Positions 33,082-33,780 of a stretch of DNA of 33,780 nt are shown here, piece by piece. This DNA comes from Acidobacteriota bacterium. Its GTDB lineage: Bacteria; Acidobacteriota; Vicinamibacteria; Marinacidobacterales; SMYC01. The stretch covers positions 1-33,780 of the forward strand of contig DAISKN010000003.1 of the NCBI GenBank assembly GCA_036820975.1, in the 5' to 3' direction. Under the pieces are notes generated by a model, which saw only the letters and a program-made list of their open reading frames with translations, searched no databases and was not told the DNA's origin. Numbering within the stretch: the first letter of the stretch is position 1; every line of letters begins with the position of its first letter. Both the position numbers and the translations under genes were made by a program.

Positions 33082-33780
33082 TTAGCTCAGCGCGAAGTTC
33101 ACGGTCACCGTCATCACGATGGGAACCGGAACGCCGTTCAACAGAGTCGGTTCGTACTTCCACTGCTTCACCGCTTCGATTGCGGACTGATCCAGCAGGG
33201 GAATCGATCGCAGCACGCGCACGTTGGTGACGTTGCCCTGGGGATCGATGATCGCTTCGAGGATCACGATGCCCTGCACGCGGGCCTGCTTGGCGATATC
33301 GGGATAAACCGGCGACAGGTCCTTGATCTTGTTCGGGGGACGGATGTCTCCTCCCACCCGCACCGGCTCCTGCTTCACGGGGGGAGGCGCATCGGGAAGT
33401 CCTCCCACGATTCCGCCAATGACTCCGCCGGGAACTCCTCCCTCGACGCCTCCTGGAACTCCGAAGTCCACGCCTCCGAGGTCGTCCATCCCGATCTCAT
33501 CCGGGATTTCGACGGGAGCAACGAACTGCGGCGTCGCCGCGAGAACCGGCCGGGGCGCCGTCGGTTTGGGACGTGCGGCGGGCGGCGGCGGCGGCGGCGG
33601 GGGAGGAGGTGGTGGCGGCGGGGGCGCCATGAACGTCATGATCCCCTCGGGCGTCGGGAGATTGTCCGTCGCCATCAAGGGAATGATGATCATGGCCGCC
33701 ACGATCCCGCCCTGAATCAGAAAGGAAGTGAGGAAAGAGAGCAAAGATCTCCCCGCGCCTCTCTCGGGAACCAGCGCGAG
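33082..33780 (-). CDS. tonB: TonB energy transducer (true N-terminus probably beyond the right window edge)
   Basis: TM helix, a poly-Pro/Ala spacer (PPPPPPPPPPPPPPPAARPKPTAPRP) and the TonB C-terminal domain (PVYPDIAKQARVQGIVILEAIIDPQGNVTNVRVLRS...AIEAVKQWKYEP). The frame stays open from the track ATG (33744) to position 33780, so the start is not defined here. Confidence 0.85.
   Translation of the reverse strand, partial: LALVPERGAGRSLLSFLTSFLIQGGIVAAMIIIPLMATDNLPTPEGIMTFMAPPPPPPPPPPPPPPPAARPKPTAPRPVLAATPQFVAPVEIPDEIGMDDLGGVDFGVPGGVEGGVPGGVIGGIVGGLPDAPPPVKQEPVRVGGDIRPPNKIKDLSPVYPDIAKQARVQGIVILEAIIDPQGNVTNVRVLRSIPLLDQSAIEAVKQWKYEPTLLNGVPVPIVMTVTVNFALS

Noticed and set aside
33578-33625. Long (ggc)n / (gga,ggt)n purine-G tract resembling a microsatellite
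   Set aside because: It is the reverse strand of the codons for the poly-proline spacer of TonB, a normal feature of that protein. The gcc repeat at 29183-29203 similarly encodes the poly-Ala tail of the TPR lipoprotein.
1-33780. Search for CRISPR arrays, transposases, integrases, toxin-antitoxin pairs or known defence-system genes
   Set aside because: No regularly spaced repeats and no ORFs with those signatures were seen on either strand. The only sizeable repeat is the tdk-derived direct repeat reported above.

Overview
GC-rich bacterial chromosomal fragment, roughly two-thirds G+C by eye. Gene content and the TonB N-terminal style are compatible with an Acidobacteria-like Gram-negative organism, but that placement is only a guess. 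Most of the window is densely packed housekeeping DNA. In order it carries: a tetrapyrrole operon on the minus strand (CcsA/HemX-like, hemA, hemC, hemD, hemL, with hemL running off the left edge); a family-5 peptide-type ABC importer (binding protein plus two permeases, no ATPase genes); a thymidine kinase / YjjX-type NTPase / GHMP kinase / small beta-barrel OMP operon; a Nudix CoA-pyrophosphatase-like gene; a minimal Ku + ligase-only LigD NHEJ pair; korAB 2-oxoacid:ferredoxin oxidoreductase; a TonB-dependent receptor; a DUF59-Mrp-DUF971 Fe-S carrier fusion; Rel (RelA/SpoT); a TPR lipoprotein; an OmpR/HisKA two-component pair; and tonB-exbB-exbD-exbD, with tonB running off the right edge. Many long ORFs in the six-frame track are antisense shadow ORFs typical of high-GC DNA, and I rejected them. 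I found no rRNA, tRNA, CRISPR array, transposase, integrase or recognisable defence genes. Three places depart from ordinary. (1) The ABC operon is split by about 3.35 kb that holds a strongly AT-rich non-coding island, a free-standing 30-codon gene with its own promoter-like, SD and hairpin signals, and a 7TM-HD-GYP-GAF-GGDEF c-di-GMP protein. (2) A lower-GC gene for a secreted triple-FN3 protein lies between a decayed and an intact copy of tdk. The last ~148 bp of the two tdk copies are still nearly identical, and the permease reading frame runs antisense into the decayed copy. (3) A ~185-bp imperfect palindrome fills the hemA-hemC spacer. The small-peptide / c-di-GMP / peptide-importer locus is my best candidate for an undescribed system, but its function is inference, not demonstration.
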